Origin: Blepharisma stoltei ATCC 30299
Lineage: Eukaryota; Protista; Ciliophora
Length of the DNA: 64,000 nucleotides
Direction: 5' to 3'
Assembly: GCA_965603825.1 (NCBI GenBank)
Contig: CBFDEM010000005.1
Span: 186,001 to 250,000, forward strand
The translations under genes and the position numbers were made by a program. Positions 1 through 10,404 of this stretch are shown one piece after another; the first letter of the stretch is position 1; every line of letters begins with the position of its first letter. The notes below the pieces were generated by a model. It was not told the DNA's origin. It did no database searches and worked only from the letters and a program-made list of their open reading frames with translations.

Positions 1-2637
1 TGAAAGGATGGCAAACTTGTATGGGAAGGCACTGTAACCCGTGGCTGTGGAAATCGATATGACGACTATTATACTGATATCCCTCTAATTCCGAATTTTT
101 CTATAAAAAACGAAGAAGAAATCCCTGAAGATGTAAAACAAGAAAATTTCGAAGAAAAACCTACGTCAGCTCCAATGTGACTACCAGGAAAACCAATGAT
201 TAAAGAAGAAAAAAAAGAAGATGACAAGCTGCGGCCTGTTGCAAGTGTCCCTAGAGTCAGGCATAACCAGCCATTTGAAATAGTCCAAGAAGAAAACAAA
301 AAAATAGAAACAAGCGACTATCATTTGTCGCCAGCTGTATTAAATTTCAAAAAATCTAGTGTGACGACTAGAGAGAAAAAACAAATCCAAAACGATTTTA
401 CAGACCCTGCACTAATTCCTGAGCCAACTTTAAAGCTACTTGGACTTAACACGAAAAAAAAACATGTGGCTGCTGAGCCTTTAAAAGAGAGCTTGGACTC
501 TTTGGAATATTTTAAAATTACTAATGAAAGCAGAATAAAAAGAGACACTCAGGTAAAATCGAAGCCACTAGAAGAAATATTAGAAGTTAAAATAGAAAAA
601 CCAAGGGAAAAGCCACATGATCCGCTTGATGATGCACTTGATAGGTTTATTGTAGAACAAGCAGCACCAAAGCCACAAAATTATGAAGAGCAGAAAATCC
701 CAAGCTACCCAAAAGGACAAATGTTGAAATTCAAAATTTTGTCTACGTGGGGAGATACTCATTATGTAGGGCTCTGTGGGATTGAGCTGTTTGATCAGCT
801 TGGAAATCCTATTAAGTTTAAAGACCCAGCTAAGCAGATTTCAGCTGAGCCTGCAGATGTAAACGTCCTGCCTGGGTATGGCACTGATCCTCGCACAGTC
901 GACAAACTTCTTGACGGCACAAACTGGACTTGTGACGATTTACATGTATGGCTAGCTCCTTTTACCCAAGGGCAGTTTAATTTAATATACATAAATCTGC
1001 TAAGCCCAGTCGCCCTTTCTATGATCCGTATATGGAATTACAACAAATCCCGTATCCACTCCTACAGAGGTGTAAAAAACCTAGAAATCAGCTTTGACAA
1101 CAAAAATATTATTTTTTCAGGAGAAATTTCTATTGCCCCTGGCAGAATGAAGGACGCAGACCAGTACTGTGAGTATATCATGTTTACCAAAGATGACGGG
1201 ATTTTAAAAAGAATAGAAAAAAATGACTGGGTGAAGGATTTTGACCATAATGAAGTTGACCAAGAACTAATGTCAACAATAAGGCTACAAATGAGGCCAG
1301 GAACTGCAAGTAGAGAACAAGGAAAAATAGAACTCCAGCCAAGAAGGATTGGGGAAGATGGGAGGCCTTTGACTTCAGCAATTGTAGCACCGCCTCCTCC
1401 TGTGTCTTCAAAAACTTCTGTGGTAGGGCGAAAAATCAGGATTTTAATATTAGAAACTTGGGGTGATTCTTTTTATGTAGGCTTGACTGGTTTGCAGATT
1501 TTTGGACGAGATGGTCCAATTGAGATCCAGAGGAACTGAATTGATGCGACTCCAAGAGATATGAACGTAATTCCTGGCTACTCTGGAGACTACCGAACCC
1601 TTGATAAGCTTATCAACAGCCGAAACCGTACCACAGATGACCACAATATGTGGCTTATCCCATACTCTCAAGGAAAATACCATTTTATTGACATTGATTT
1701 ACAAGATATGACCCACATCTCAGGAATTAATTTTTGGAATTATAACAAAAACCCTGAAGACACTGCAAGAGGGGTAAAACGAATTTTACTATACATTGAT
1801 GGGAAATGCATTACCTCAGACGCAGGAATTGCATTAAGAAAAGCTCCTGGACATGCAGAATATGACTTCGGGCAGCTAATTAGTTTGCCTTATAGTGATG
1901 GCTGGAATGATGATTTAATTACTCCTTTATCCCGACCTATATTTGCAAGCCAATTAGTTCTACAAGACTATGAGACACCATATCTGCCATGCGGGTTTAT
2001 ACTGAAATTAAGGCTATTTTCTACATGGGGAGATATGCATTATATTGGAATGAATGGAATTGAGTTATATGACCAAAAAGGAAGACCTATCCTGTTTAAC
2101 CAAACAATTGGCTGCTCAATCTCAGCAAATCCTTCTTCTATTAGAGAGCTCCCAGACAACTCAAACGATGTAAGGACCCCTGATAAGTTAATTGATGGGA
2201 TAAATAACACAGCTGACGATAAACATATGTGGCTTGCTCCGTTTCGTAATGCGTCTTCTTATTATTCAGCTTTAGAAGGGCCTAGTAAGCCTAATGAAAT
2301 CACAATAACTTTTGATAAGCAAATTTGTATTGGATATATTCGGCTGTGGAATTATTCAAAGACCCCGACTAGAGGTGCAAAGGATTTTGAGATTTTGTTA
2401 GATGATATTTTACTTTATAAGGGGGTTATGAGGCAAGCTGGGGGAGCGAGGGATTGGAGCTGTGTCGTGCTGTTTACAGGGGATCAAGGGGTTATTGGAA
2501 GATCGACTGAGCTGATTTATAGAGATCAGACGGAAGGGAAAGGGAGTGTATTATTATATAATGAAGGGAGACTGGTAGGAGGAGTGGAAGAAACCAAAGT
2601 GGTAGCAGCGAGGCCACAAACAAGTGTTGCGTTTTAG
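1..2637 (+). CDS. KATNIP: KATNIP/KIAA0556 (katanin-interacting protein, DUF4457 repeats) homolog, 5'-truncated by the window edge
   Basis: Frame 1 is open from base 1 to TAG 2635-2637 when TGA (1, 178, 1537) is read as Trp; this joins ORFs 196..1539 and 1561..2637. Three repeat units carry [ST]WGD..Y[VI]G[LM].G[IL][EQ], D.RT.DKL..., H.WL.P[FY] and IR.WNYNK motifs typical of KIAA0556. Confidence 0.85.
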
Positions 2638-3184
2638 AGTAATTAACTTATCTTCATATTTATATCTTTATAATCAATGCTAATTGTTTATTATCCTTAC
2701 TAGGTTCTATATCTAGATTACTATATATATAATATTAACTTTATTAATAGCGAAGCTTAATAGCTATTAAGCGCGTCAATTTGAGGTAAAGGATTGATCA
2801 TTCGCTTTGTTTCTTTTCTGATTCTGATTTTCACAGACCTTCTCATTTCAGACTAAAAATCATAATCTGTAGTTCTGACTTTTACAAGGGAATGATAACG
2901 ACGCTTTTTAATAATTGTAAAGTCTGATAAAAATCTGTCTTTTATCTCTAGATTCTGCTAATCATTTTTAAGTAGAGCTGTAAGACTTTAGTTGTTTCAA
3001 TTTAATTTTATCATTTTCTATATAAATAGCTTGTTTATCATTAAACTTAATAATTCGAGTTTTTTAAAAAGTGTTAGATAAGACGCAGCAAGCAATGATG
3101 CACCTCTATCTTATATTTATTCAATAACCCTTCTTTTGAATTAAAGATTAATAGAAAATTATATCTAATTTCTCTTAATTAAGT

Positions 3185-3898
3185 TTATTTAGCCTCAGGG
3201 TTCTTCGGCTTGTTAAGCGAAACATTCGGCAGCGCGTTTTGAATTTCCACCAAATCTCTCTCTTTGACATCATCAAAATAAAACTCTTCCAATGTTTTTA
3301 CTTCGCTCAGCGTCTTCGCAAGTTTCTTAATTCCCCTCGAACTTATATTATTTCCCTTGAGATTTATAACCTTCAACCCTTCAAATTCGCTTAAATTTTC
3401 CAAAATTTCCCCAAGGCTATCACTTCCAAATCCATTCCCTTCCAAATTCAATACTTTTAAGCTCTTCATATAAGAAATTGGCCCTGCAATTGCTGCCATT
3501 CCTTCATCCCCAAGCTGATTATCAGCAATAGTCAGCACTTTTAAGCCTGTAAGCCTTGCAAGCTCATTGGCCAATTTTTGTGCTCCAACGGTCCCTATTT
3601 GGTTATTTCTCAAGGCCAATTCTTGTAGCTCTGAAAGCTCAGGTATTAAAAGGGCGACTAATTTTGAGCCTTTGTCAGATAGTTCTCTATTTTCTATTCT
3701 GATTTGTTTTATTTTTTTGGCATTGCCTCTCAGAAATTGGATGTAGTATTCTTTAAGCTCAGCTAGCATTGTGGATTCATGCTTGGTGAAGGCCACACCT
3801 ACTGGGGAGTCTGACATTTCAGCTTTGAAGGCGAGATTTTCTTCTCCTTTGTCATAAACACCCTTAAGGCAGGTACATTGAGACAGAACGTTTCCCAT
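3185..3898 (-). CDS. Ribonuclease-inhibitor-type leucine-rich repeat protein (237 aa), probably N-myristoylated/palmitoylated
   Basis: 28-aa LRRs (LxxLxLxxNxIGxxGxxxLA); N-terminus MGNVLSQCTC; ATG to TAA. Confidence 0.85.
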   Translation of the reverse strand: MGNVLSQCTCLKGVYDKGEENLAFKAEMSDSPVGVAFTKHESTMLAELKEYYIQFLRGNAKKIKQIRIENRELSDKGSKLVALLIPELSELQELALRNNQIGTVGAQKLANELARLTGLKVLTIADNQLGDEGMAAIAGPISYMKSLKVLNLEGNGFGSDSLGEILENLSEFEGLKVINLKGNNISSRGIKKLAKTLSEVKTLEEFYFDDVKERDLVEIQNALPNVSLNKPKNPEAK

Positions 3899-4118
3899 TA
3901 TTTAAAAAACCACGGATAATATGGTGATTTTGTTGGGATACTGATTTTATAAGAAACTTTGATTTTTTGGAAATTTTTAAGTCTAGTGAATTAATATAAA
4001 ATTATATACAATGATTAAGGGGTTTTGTGTAAGATTGGGATTATTTTAATAATAAATTTAGTTGAATTTTGATTAAAAATATATATGTTAGAATTAAACA
4101 GACTAAATCTGTATAAAA

Positions 4119-4829
4119 TTATTTAGCTACTGCCTTTCTATGCTTCAGCGCTTTTCTCGCCCTTACATATATTTTACACCTAACAAATGGTTTAATAGCT
4201 AAATTCTCGATGCATACAACGATCAATGAAAAACAGCCGCTCGTATAGTGTGAAGAGACTTCATTGATCACAACATTATTAAACTCAATAAATCCTTCTT
4301 CGTTCTGCTTTGATTCTGTGGTCCCTCTAATTATCTTTTTTCCTGAAATGTTTGAGTATAATATTGTTGGTGGCTCATCAGCGCTGGCCAAAATGATTCT
4401 GAAAGTTTTGTTTCCTTGCAGCTTTTCTATGGAGTTTTCAACAGTTTTGACTGAAAACTTGAGCTGAAACCCCCTTTCCTTATAAACCCGGGCTGGGAAA
4501 GGCTTTTCCAGTTGCAAGGTTAGAGGAAAAGGCTCACCTTTTTGGATCCTCCAGAGTTGTTCAAAAACCAAGTCTTTGTGCTCATCTGTAAGGTACTGAT
4601 TTTTATCGTTGGACGAAATTGTCTTTGCTAGTGCAGAGACTGAATCAATCTCCTTCTGAATCTTTTGGTAATTTAATAACAATTGGTACAAGAAGGCATT
4701 GCTTTGGTTTAGGATGGCTTCTGATAGCTGTAAATCAGCAGATGACGGACAATTTTGAGATTGCCAACTATTGTAAACGTAGCACTCTGCATGCGAGCAA
4801 GGCGAGTTATTAGAAAATAGCAAGCACAT
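4119..4829 (-). CDS. Hypothetical protein with a C-terminal beta-rich domain (possible Ig-fold DNA-binding domain)
   Basis: 236-aa ORF from ATG to TAA, flanked by AT-rich intergenic DNA; basic C-terminus VRARKALKHRK. Confidence 0.7.
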   Translation of the reverse strand: MCLLFSNNSPCSHAECYVYNSWQSQNCPSSADLQLSEAILNQSNAFLYQLLLNYQKIQKEIDSVSALAKTISSNDKNQYLTDEHKDLVFEQLWRIQKGEPFPLTLQLEKPFPARVYKERGFQLKFSVKTVENSIEKLQGNKTFRIILASADEPPTILYSNISGKKIIRGTTESKQNEEGFIEFNNVVINEVSSHYTSGCFSLIVVCIENLAIKPFVRCKIYVRARKALKHRKAVAK

Positions 4830-5144
4830 ATTGATTAATAGGAATCATTAAAATATGAATAGTATTATACAAATTTTCCAGCTAGAAAATAATTATACAA
4901 ATTATTTTAAATATTATAAACATCATCATCTTAAAGGTTTATAATGTTAAATATTATATTTTATTATTTATTGATAAACAACAGTTTTTATTTTTTTAAT
5001 TAGTTTATCTGATTCATATAACAATTTGCTTAATTAAATTTATTTCATTTTTTATTATTGTAAGCTTATAATAAAAAATTTATATTTGAAAGCTTGAATT
5101 TCCATTTTCTTTAATTTCTTATTTTATATATTTTGTAATTTCAC

Positions 5145-7391
5145 ATGGCAAAAGTTGTCCCTTATGAGAGTTCTGCTTCAAATGGAATTCGCTTGCAAGA
5201 TAGAAGGAAATCAGCTGCTTTAATAGTCGACGATCGTCGAAGTTCAAATGCTGTAAGTCAAGTTAGGCCGAACATTGACAGACGAAAATCCGAGGTCCTA
5301 AGCAGATACTCATTTCACAGAAATTCATTTGAGCATAGTATAGAAGAGTCAATAAAGCCTGACACCACCAGAGGGTATCATAGAGACTTAAATTCCTCTG
5401 ATGAAGAAATCAGAGAAAACATACACAATTTAATTCAAAATAAAGACTTGCATGACCATGAAGACAAAGAAAATCGATCAGAAGTTTTAAGTTTAATTAA
5501 TATCAACCAGCGATTTCACTCAAAATCAGAAGCAGCACTGCTTGCAAGTGAAAGTGAGCTTATGACCCCTTCAATTTCTGTTCATAGAGCCTCAGTTGAA
5601 TGTACTCCAAATACTCCTATGAATCTTAAGCCAATTCCTAAATGTTTATTTGTTCCTGATTCTTTATTTGGAAATCTTTGAAATACTGTAATTATTCTAG
5701 CACTTATTTATACTGCGACCTTTATGCCTTTTCTTGTAGCTTTTTATGACTCAGAAAATGAAATTTGGCAGGGATTTGACATAGCGATTGACTCGATATT
5801 TATTATAGATTTGCTGGTCAACTTTAATATGGCTTTTTATAGTGAGGATGGAGAATTGGTGACTGATAGAAAAATTATTGTCAAAACTTATCTGAAAACG
5901 TGATTTATACTTGATTTAACCGCATCATTCCCTTTTTCATTTATATCTGTATCAAACGGCTCGAATGGTTCAGATAAACTTGTAAAACTAGCAAAAATCC
6001 CAAGAATTTATAGGATTATCAGATTTCTTCGAGTAATTAAAATCGCTAAGGCAGCTCGGTTTACCCAGACATATCAAGAGGTGCTAGAACGATTAAATAT
6101 TACTGCTACAGCAGTCAGAGGGTTTAAATTCTTTTTCATAATCGCTTTGCTTCTTCACCTAATAAGCTGCTTATGATATTTTGATGCAAGAATCGAAGAT
6201 TTCAATTGGGAAACTTGGGTAATGAGATATGACCTCATGGACACAACTGAAGACGACAAATATTTATGATGCATTTACTGAGCAATTACTGTAATGGATA
6301 CTATTGGCTATGGAGATATAGTCCCTGTAATGCTGAGTGAAAAAATAATCTGCCTTATTTGGCTGTTTTTCGGAGTTTCCTTCTACTCCTACACAATCAG
6401 TAACCTCTCCGTCATTTTCTACAACATGAACACCAGAAACAACTATATTCAAAGAAAAGAAGAATTTCTCAAAGAATTTGCCAAAAACGTAAAACTTCCA
6501 AAATCATTATTAAACCAAGTCAAATATTACGTCAGGTACAACTACAAGCACAACGTTTTTTCTTGGTCAGATATGAATAATTTTTTAAAAGAATTACCAT
6601 CAAAATTGTATACAAAAGTCTATAAGCATATTTTCAAAGATGTGCTGGACAATGTAAATTTTTTTAAAAATAAACCTCCAGCGTTCATATCAGAAATAAT
6701 GCCACTTATGAAATCTGTTGTGGTCCATGAAGGATATGAGCTTTATCCGTATGGATCTACACCAAGAGATATTTTTTTTCTGCTTAAAGGGAGAGTTAGG
6801 GCAAAAGATAAACATGATTCTATTTTATTTTCGTATGTAAGGGGCTCGTATTTTGGAGAAACTGAGCTTTTATTTAAAACTGACAGAAAATCAACTACAC
6901 AAGTAGAAGAAACTGCGAATTTATTGAAAATTGATGGGCAAGACTTTTTAGCTGTATTAGAAAGATTCCCTGAAATAAAGTCAGAAGTCTACGAACTCGC
7001 CGAGAAGCGTTTAGCGTACTATGAAGAGCGCAAAAGTGAATTAAAAAAACTAAGAGAAGAGTGCGACTCAATTGAAATCTTGCCACAGGCTTCAATGCAA
7101 TTATCAGACATAAAACCAATTGTAGAGGATATAATGAAAATACAAGACGAAAAACCAGAAGACCCAAGCATAAAAATAGAAGATAATAATATAGATGAAG
7201 AGCAAGCTTGTCAAGAAATGATTGCAAAAATCAAAAAAACTGTAGTGGATATTAAAAAGAAAACGTCTGAAGTCAGTGATTTTTATTATGAAGTTTTTAA
7301 ATTAAAAAGAGAGCAGGAGAAGACACTTCAAATGCTGAATGAAGTGATTGAGTTAATCCGGAAGAAAAAACTCAAAAAAGCAGAAATATAA
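5145..7391 (+). CDS. Voltage-gated, cyclic-nucleotide-binding-domain K+ channel (KCNH/HCN-like ciliate family), 748 aa
   Basis: One frame when TGA=Trp (e.g. 5679, 5901, 6174, 6267, 6279). S1 WNTVIILALIYTATFMPF, KTYLKTWFILDL, S4 KIPRIYRIIRFLRVIK, pore YWAITVMDTIGYGD, C-linker, CNBD GSYFGE...R. Confidence 0.93.
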
Positions 7392-7736
7392 AGAGTTTTG
7401 GTATATTAATAATTAATCCTTTGTAAATTGGAAATTTGGTATATGGATTTTGAATAACACGAAATTTCAAGCTAAAAGCATTATTGATTAAGAATTTGTT
7501 GCATTTTCTGTAAAAAATTGATGATTGAATCAAAATCTCAATTTTTATTTTACATTTCATAATTTTTTTACATAAAATAAGCCAGTAATCTCTTTATCTT
7601 TTCCCGCTCACCAGCAGCTTCAATTTGACAGTAACATAATGCCCATCCTGAATACTTTGAAAACTATTTATTTCATGGATTTATAAGCCATGAGAAATTT
7701 AAGGTGACACTTAAGAATATGGCATAAATTAGGAAG

Positions 7737-8060
7737 ATGGAAGAAAAGCTTATCAAAGTCAGCCTCAAAAGAAAATACACATCTTTCGTCTACCAAGCCA
7801 AGGAAATCTTAAAAGAACAGAGTCAAGTTGAACTCCATGGCTTGGGTGAGGCTACTGCTAACACTATCAGGGCCGCTGAAATGTTATGCTCATTAGGATA
7901 TGCAACTTTGGAAAAATTCGAGACTGTAAGCGTATCTGAAGAAGATCACGGTGGAGTCAGCAGAAGCAGAGCTAAAGCCATTATTGTCTTAAACAAAGCA
8001 CCAACTTTCGATAAGGCATATGCGGAGTTTGAAAGCAATAAGACCACCAAGAAAGAATAA
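7737..8060 (+). CDS. Alba-domain DNA/RNA-binding protein
   Basis: 107 aa; VELHGLGEATANTIRAAEML and AKAIIVLNK match the Alba fold pattern. Confidence 0.85.
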   Translation: MEEKLIKVSLKRKYTSFVYQAKEILKEQSQVELHGLGEATANTIRAAEMLCSLGYATLEKFETVSVSEEDHGGVSRSRAKAIIVLNKAPTFDKAYAEFESNKTTKKE

Positions 8061-8699
8061 TTTTAGTGCTTAACTAGTCATTCTACTCAGTTTTGTGGTA
8101 AAATAAATAATAAATATTGAGAATGCTGAAATGAATGAGAAATAAATTCCTAAATTGCATTTTGATAAAATAGATGGACAATTTATTATTAAATAGCTAG
8201 GAAATAGGAATTTAGATTCATAATATTAAGTAATTATTGATAATTATTTTGAGAGCACGAAATTTATAATTGAGCTTTCTTAATATCTAATAATAAATAG
8301 ATTATTAATTTTTCAAAATATATTTGCAAAATTTTTGAAGAGAAGTTTGTACGATGAAATAATAAATCCCTACTGTCTATTAGCTATCCAATAGAAGGTA
8401 TATTCAAGCCGTTATATCCAGGAATTAAATATTTTCATCATTTTTACTTTCTAATTTTCAAGCATAATTGCCAATTTTTAATATTTCTTTTGAGAGTTAA
8501 AATTATTACTCAAGCTGACCTACCTTCAATTTTTTTATTGTTTTACTACAGCTAAATTAGCCTAAGAATACGTAAATATGTCATATATTAATAGGATAAA
8601 TCTAGGTATAGCAAAAAAACGAATACTGAATTTAATTAAATTCTTCTTTCAAGTCTAATATCAAGGTTTGGTGTTTATTTTTAATTAATCTTATGATGA

Positions 8700-8900
8700 T
8701 TAGCTTGCAGTGTTATCTTCTGCGCCTACATTTGCTTCATTATCCATACCTTTCACAAGTGGGCTGCTTTCTGAAATATTCCCTTGATCTTTTTGAGAAG
8801 TAACCATTTCTTGACCAGTTGGGCAACAAATTAGATTGAGGATTCTTTCTATATAGTCGATTTCTGAAGAATTTGCTGAGTATTTTTGAGTATGATCCAT
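8700..8900 (-). CDS. Possible small hypothetical protein (66 aa)
   Basis: ATG to TAA ORF with coding-like composition inside an AT-rich intergenic region; no recognisable motif. Confidence 0.35.
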   Translation of the reverse strand: MDHTQKYSANSSEIDYIERILNLICCPTGQEMVTSQKDQGNISESSPLVKGMDNEANVGAEDNTAS

Positions 8901-9211
8901 ATTCGGTATGTCAAATTTTTATAATCATATTTATTTCATGCTAATAGAGCATGTTGAAATCATTCACTATAATATCTATAATCTAATAGCGTTTTCATTT
9001 TCTAATGCTTTATTTATAATTTCTTGACTTAATTATTCTAGTTTTATATTATTTTAATCTACTTATCAACTAAAAAAAATTTTTTATTTAAAGCTTGCTA
9101 CTTTAGACTACCTAAATATATGCTATCTATTTAAAATTAAATGGAATTTTATTATTTCCTTCAACAAAAAATATTAAAATATTTTTCAAAATCTTACATT
9201 TTAGAATATTT

Positions 9212-9910
9212 TTAAACTTTTGACTTTTTATTTGCACTGCCTCCTTTTTTCTTTTTGCCATCTTCATCTTCCTCTTCACTTTCCTCCCCAAACTCCTTTT
9301 CAAGCCTTTCGATTTCATCAAGATCTTCTTGTGCTATCCATCTCCCATTCTTTCCTCTTACATTATTCGTTTGTACATTAGGATTATTCTCTACTTCACT
9401 TGGCTTAGGTTTAATTGTAAACGACGTCGTCCTATCTGTTATAGGCAGCTTTAGCAAAATTTTGGCGAATTCACCACAAATGGTAATCATCAAATCTTTT
9501 CGTCTAAGCAGGCCTTTGGCTCTTACTTTGGCCGCTGATACTTCTTTTAGCTTATTAAATGTATCTCTATCAAGGGCAGCAAGGATTTTTATTACATAAT
9601 CTCTATTAGTTGGTCCTTCTGGAACATAAAATTTAAGTTTTGGATTGTTTAAACAGTGCTGATGCAGTTTATTGCTTGATACAAGGATATTTTCCTCAAT
9701 TTTAATCAAATCAGACTCTGCTTGGGAAATTGTCTTCTTTTCTCCAGATAAAAGCTGAATTAAGTAGTTTAAATCGATCAGTGAATAGTCAGGGAGGTAT
9801 CTTTTCATATGATCTTCAAAAAATTCGTAAAGATTTTTCTTGTTGCTAAGAATTCGAGCTAGTTCTGGGGCGCATTGCTGGACTTCGTGAGGAAGGGTCG
9901 AATTATCCAT
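9212..9910 (-). CDS. Hypothetical nuclear protein (232 aa) with an acidic then basic (NLS-like) tail
   Basis: First ATG at 9910 (the track start at 9949 is not an ATG); tail EESEEEDEDGKKKKGGSANKKSKV; TAA stop. Confidence 0.75.
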   Translation of the reverse strand: MDNSTLPHEVQQCAPELARILSNKKNLYEFFEDHMKRYLPDYSLIDLNYLIQLLSGEKKTISQAESDLIKIEENILVSSNKLHQHCLNNPKLKFYVPEGPTNRDYVIKILAALDRDTFNKLKEVSAAKVRAKGLLRRKDLMITICGEFAKILLKLPITDRTTSFTIKPKPSEVENNPNVQTNNVRGKNGRWIAQEDLDEIERLEKEFGEESEEEDEDGKKKKGGSANKKSKV

Positions 9911-10404
9911 TATATGGGGGCTATATTCGAAGAGGTAATAAAAACCCAAATCATTAAATAAAGCTCCATTTTATAATACACTAATAAATATAGTGTAAAA
10001 AATTGTGAAAAATATTTTCAGAATTTCATTAGAAAACAAATAAATATTTAAATAAAATTTCTTTTAAGTAATTAATAATTTGACAAATTTCGGGAAATGA
10101 AGGCATCAAGGATTTTTGATATTTAGGTTGTGTGCTGCTTTTAGACTTACATAAATATATAATTTAAATTTATCTATTCAGTTTTATATTTTATTAAAAA
10201 AAGTACTAAATCAATGTGACAGTTTTAATTTTTATATTGGGATTATGTGGATTCATAATATTAAATTATCCATACTTATTGAAAGCAATTATTTTGCATG
10301 TTCAATATCTCTACTTGACTTTTAAATTTGTGGTTCTATTTCATTCAAATTCTCCAAAATAGATATTATCATCCAGATTTATTTCAACTAATATAATAAT
10401 TACA

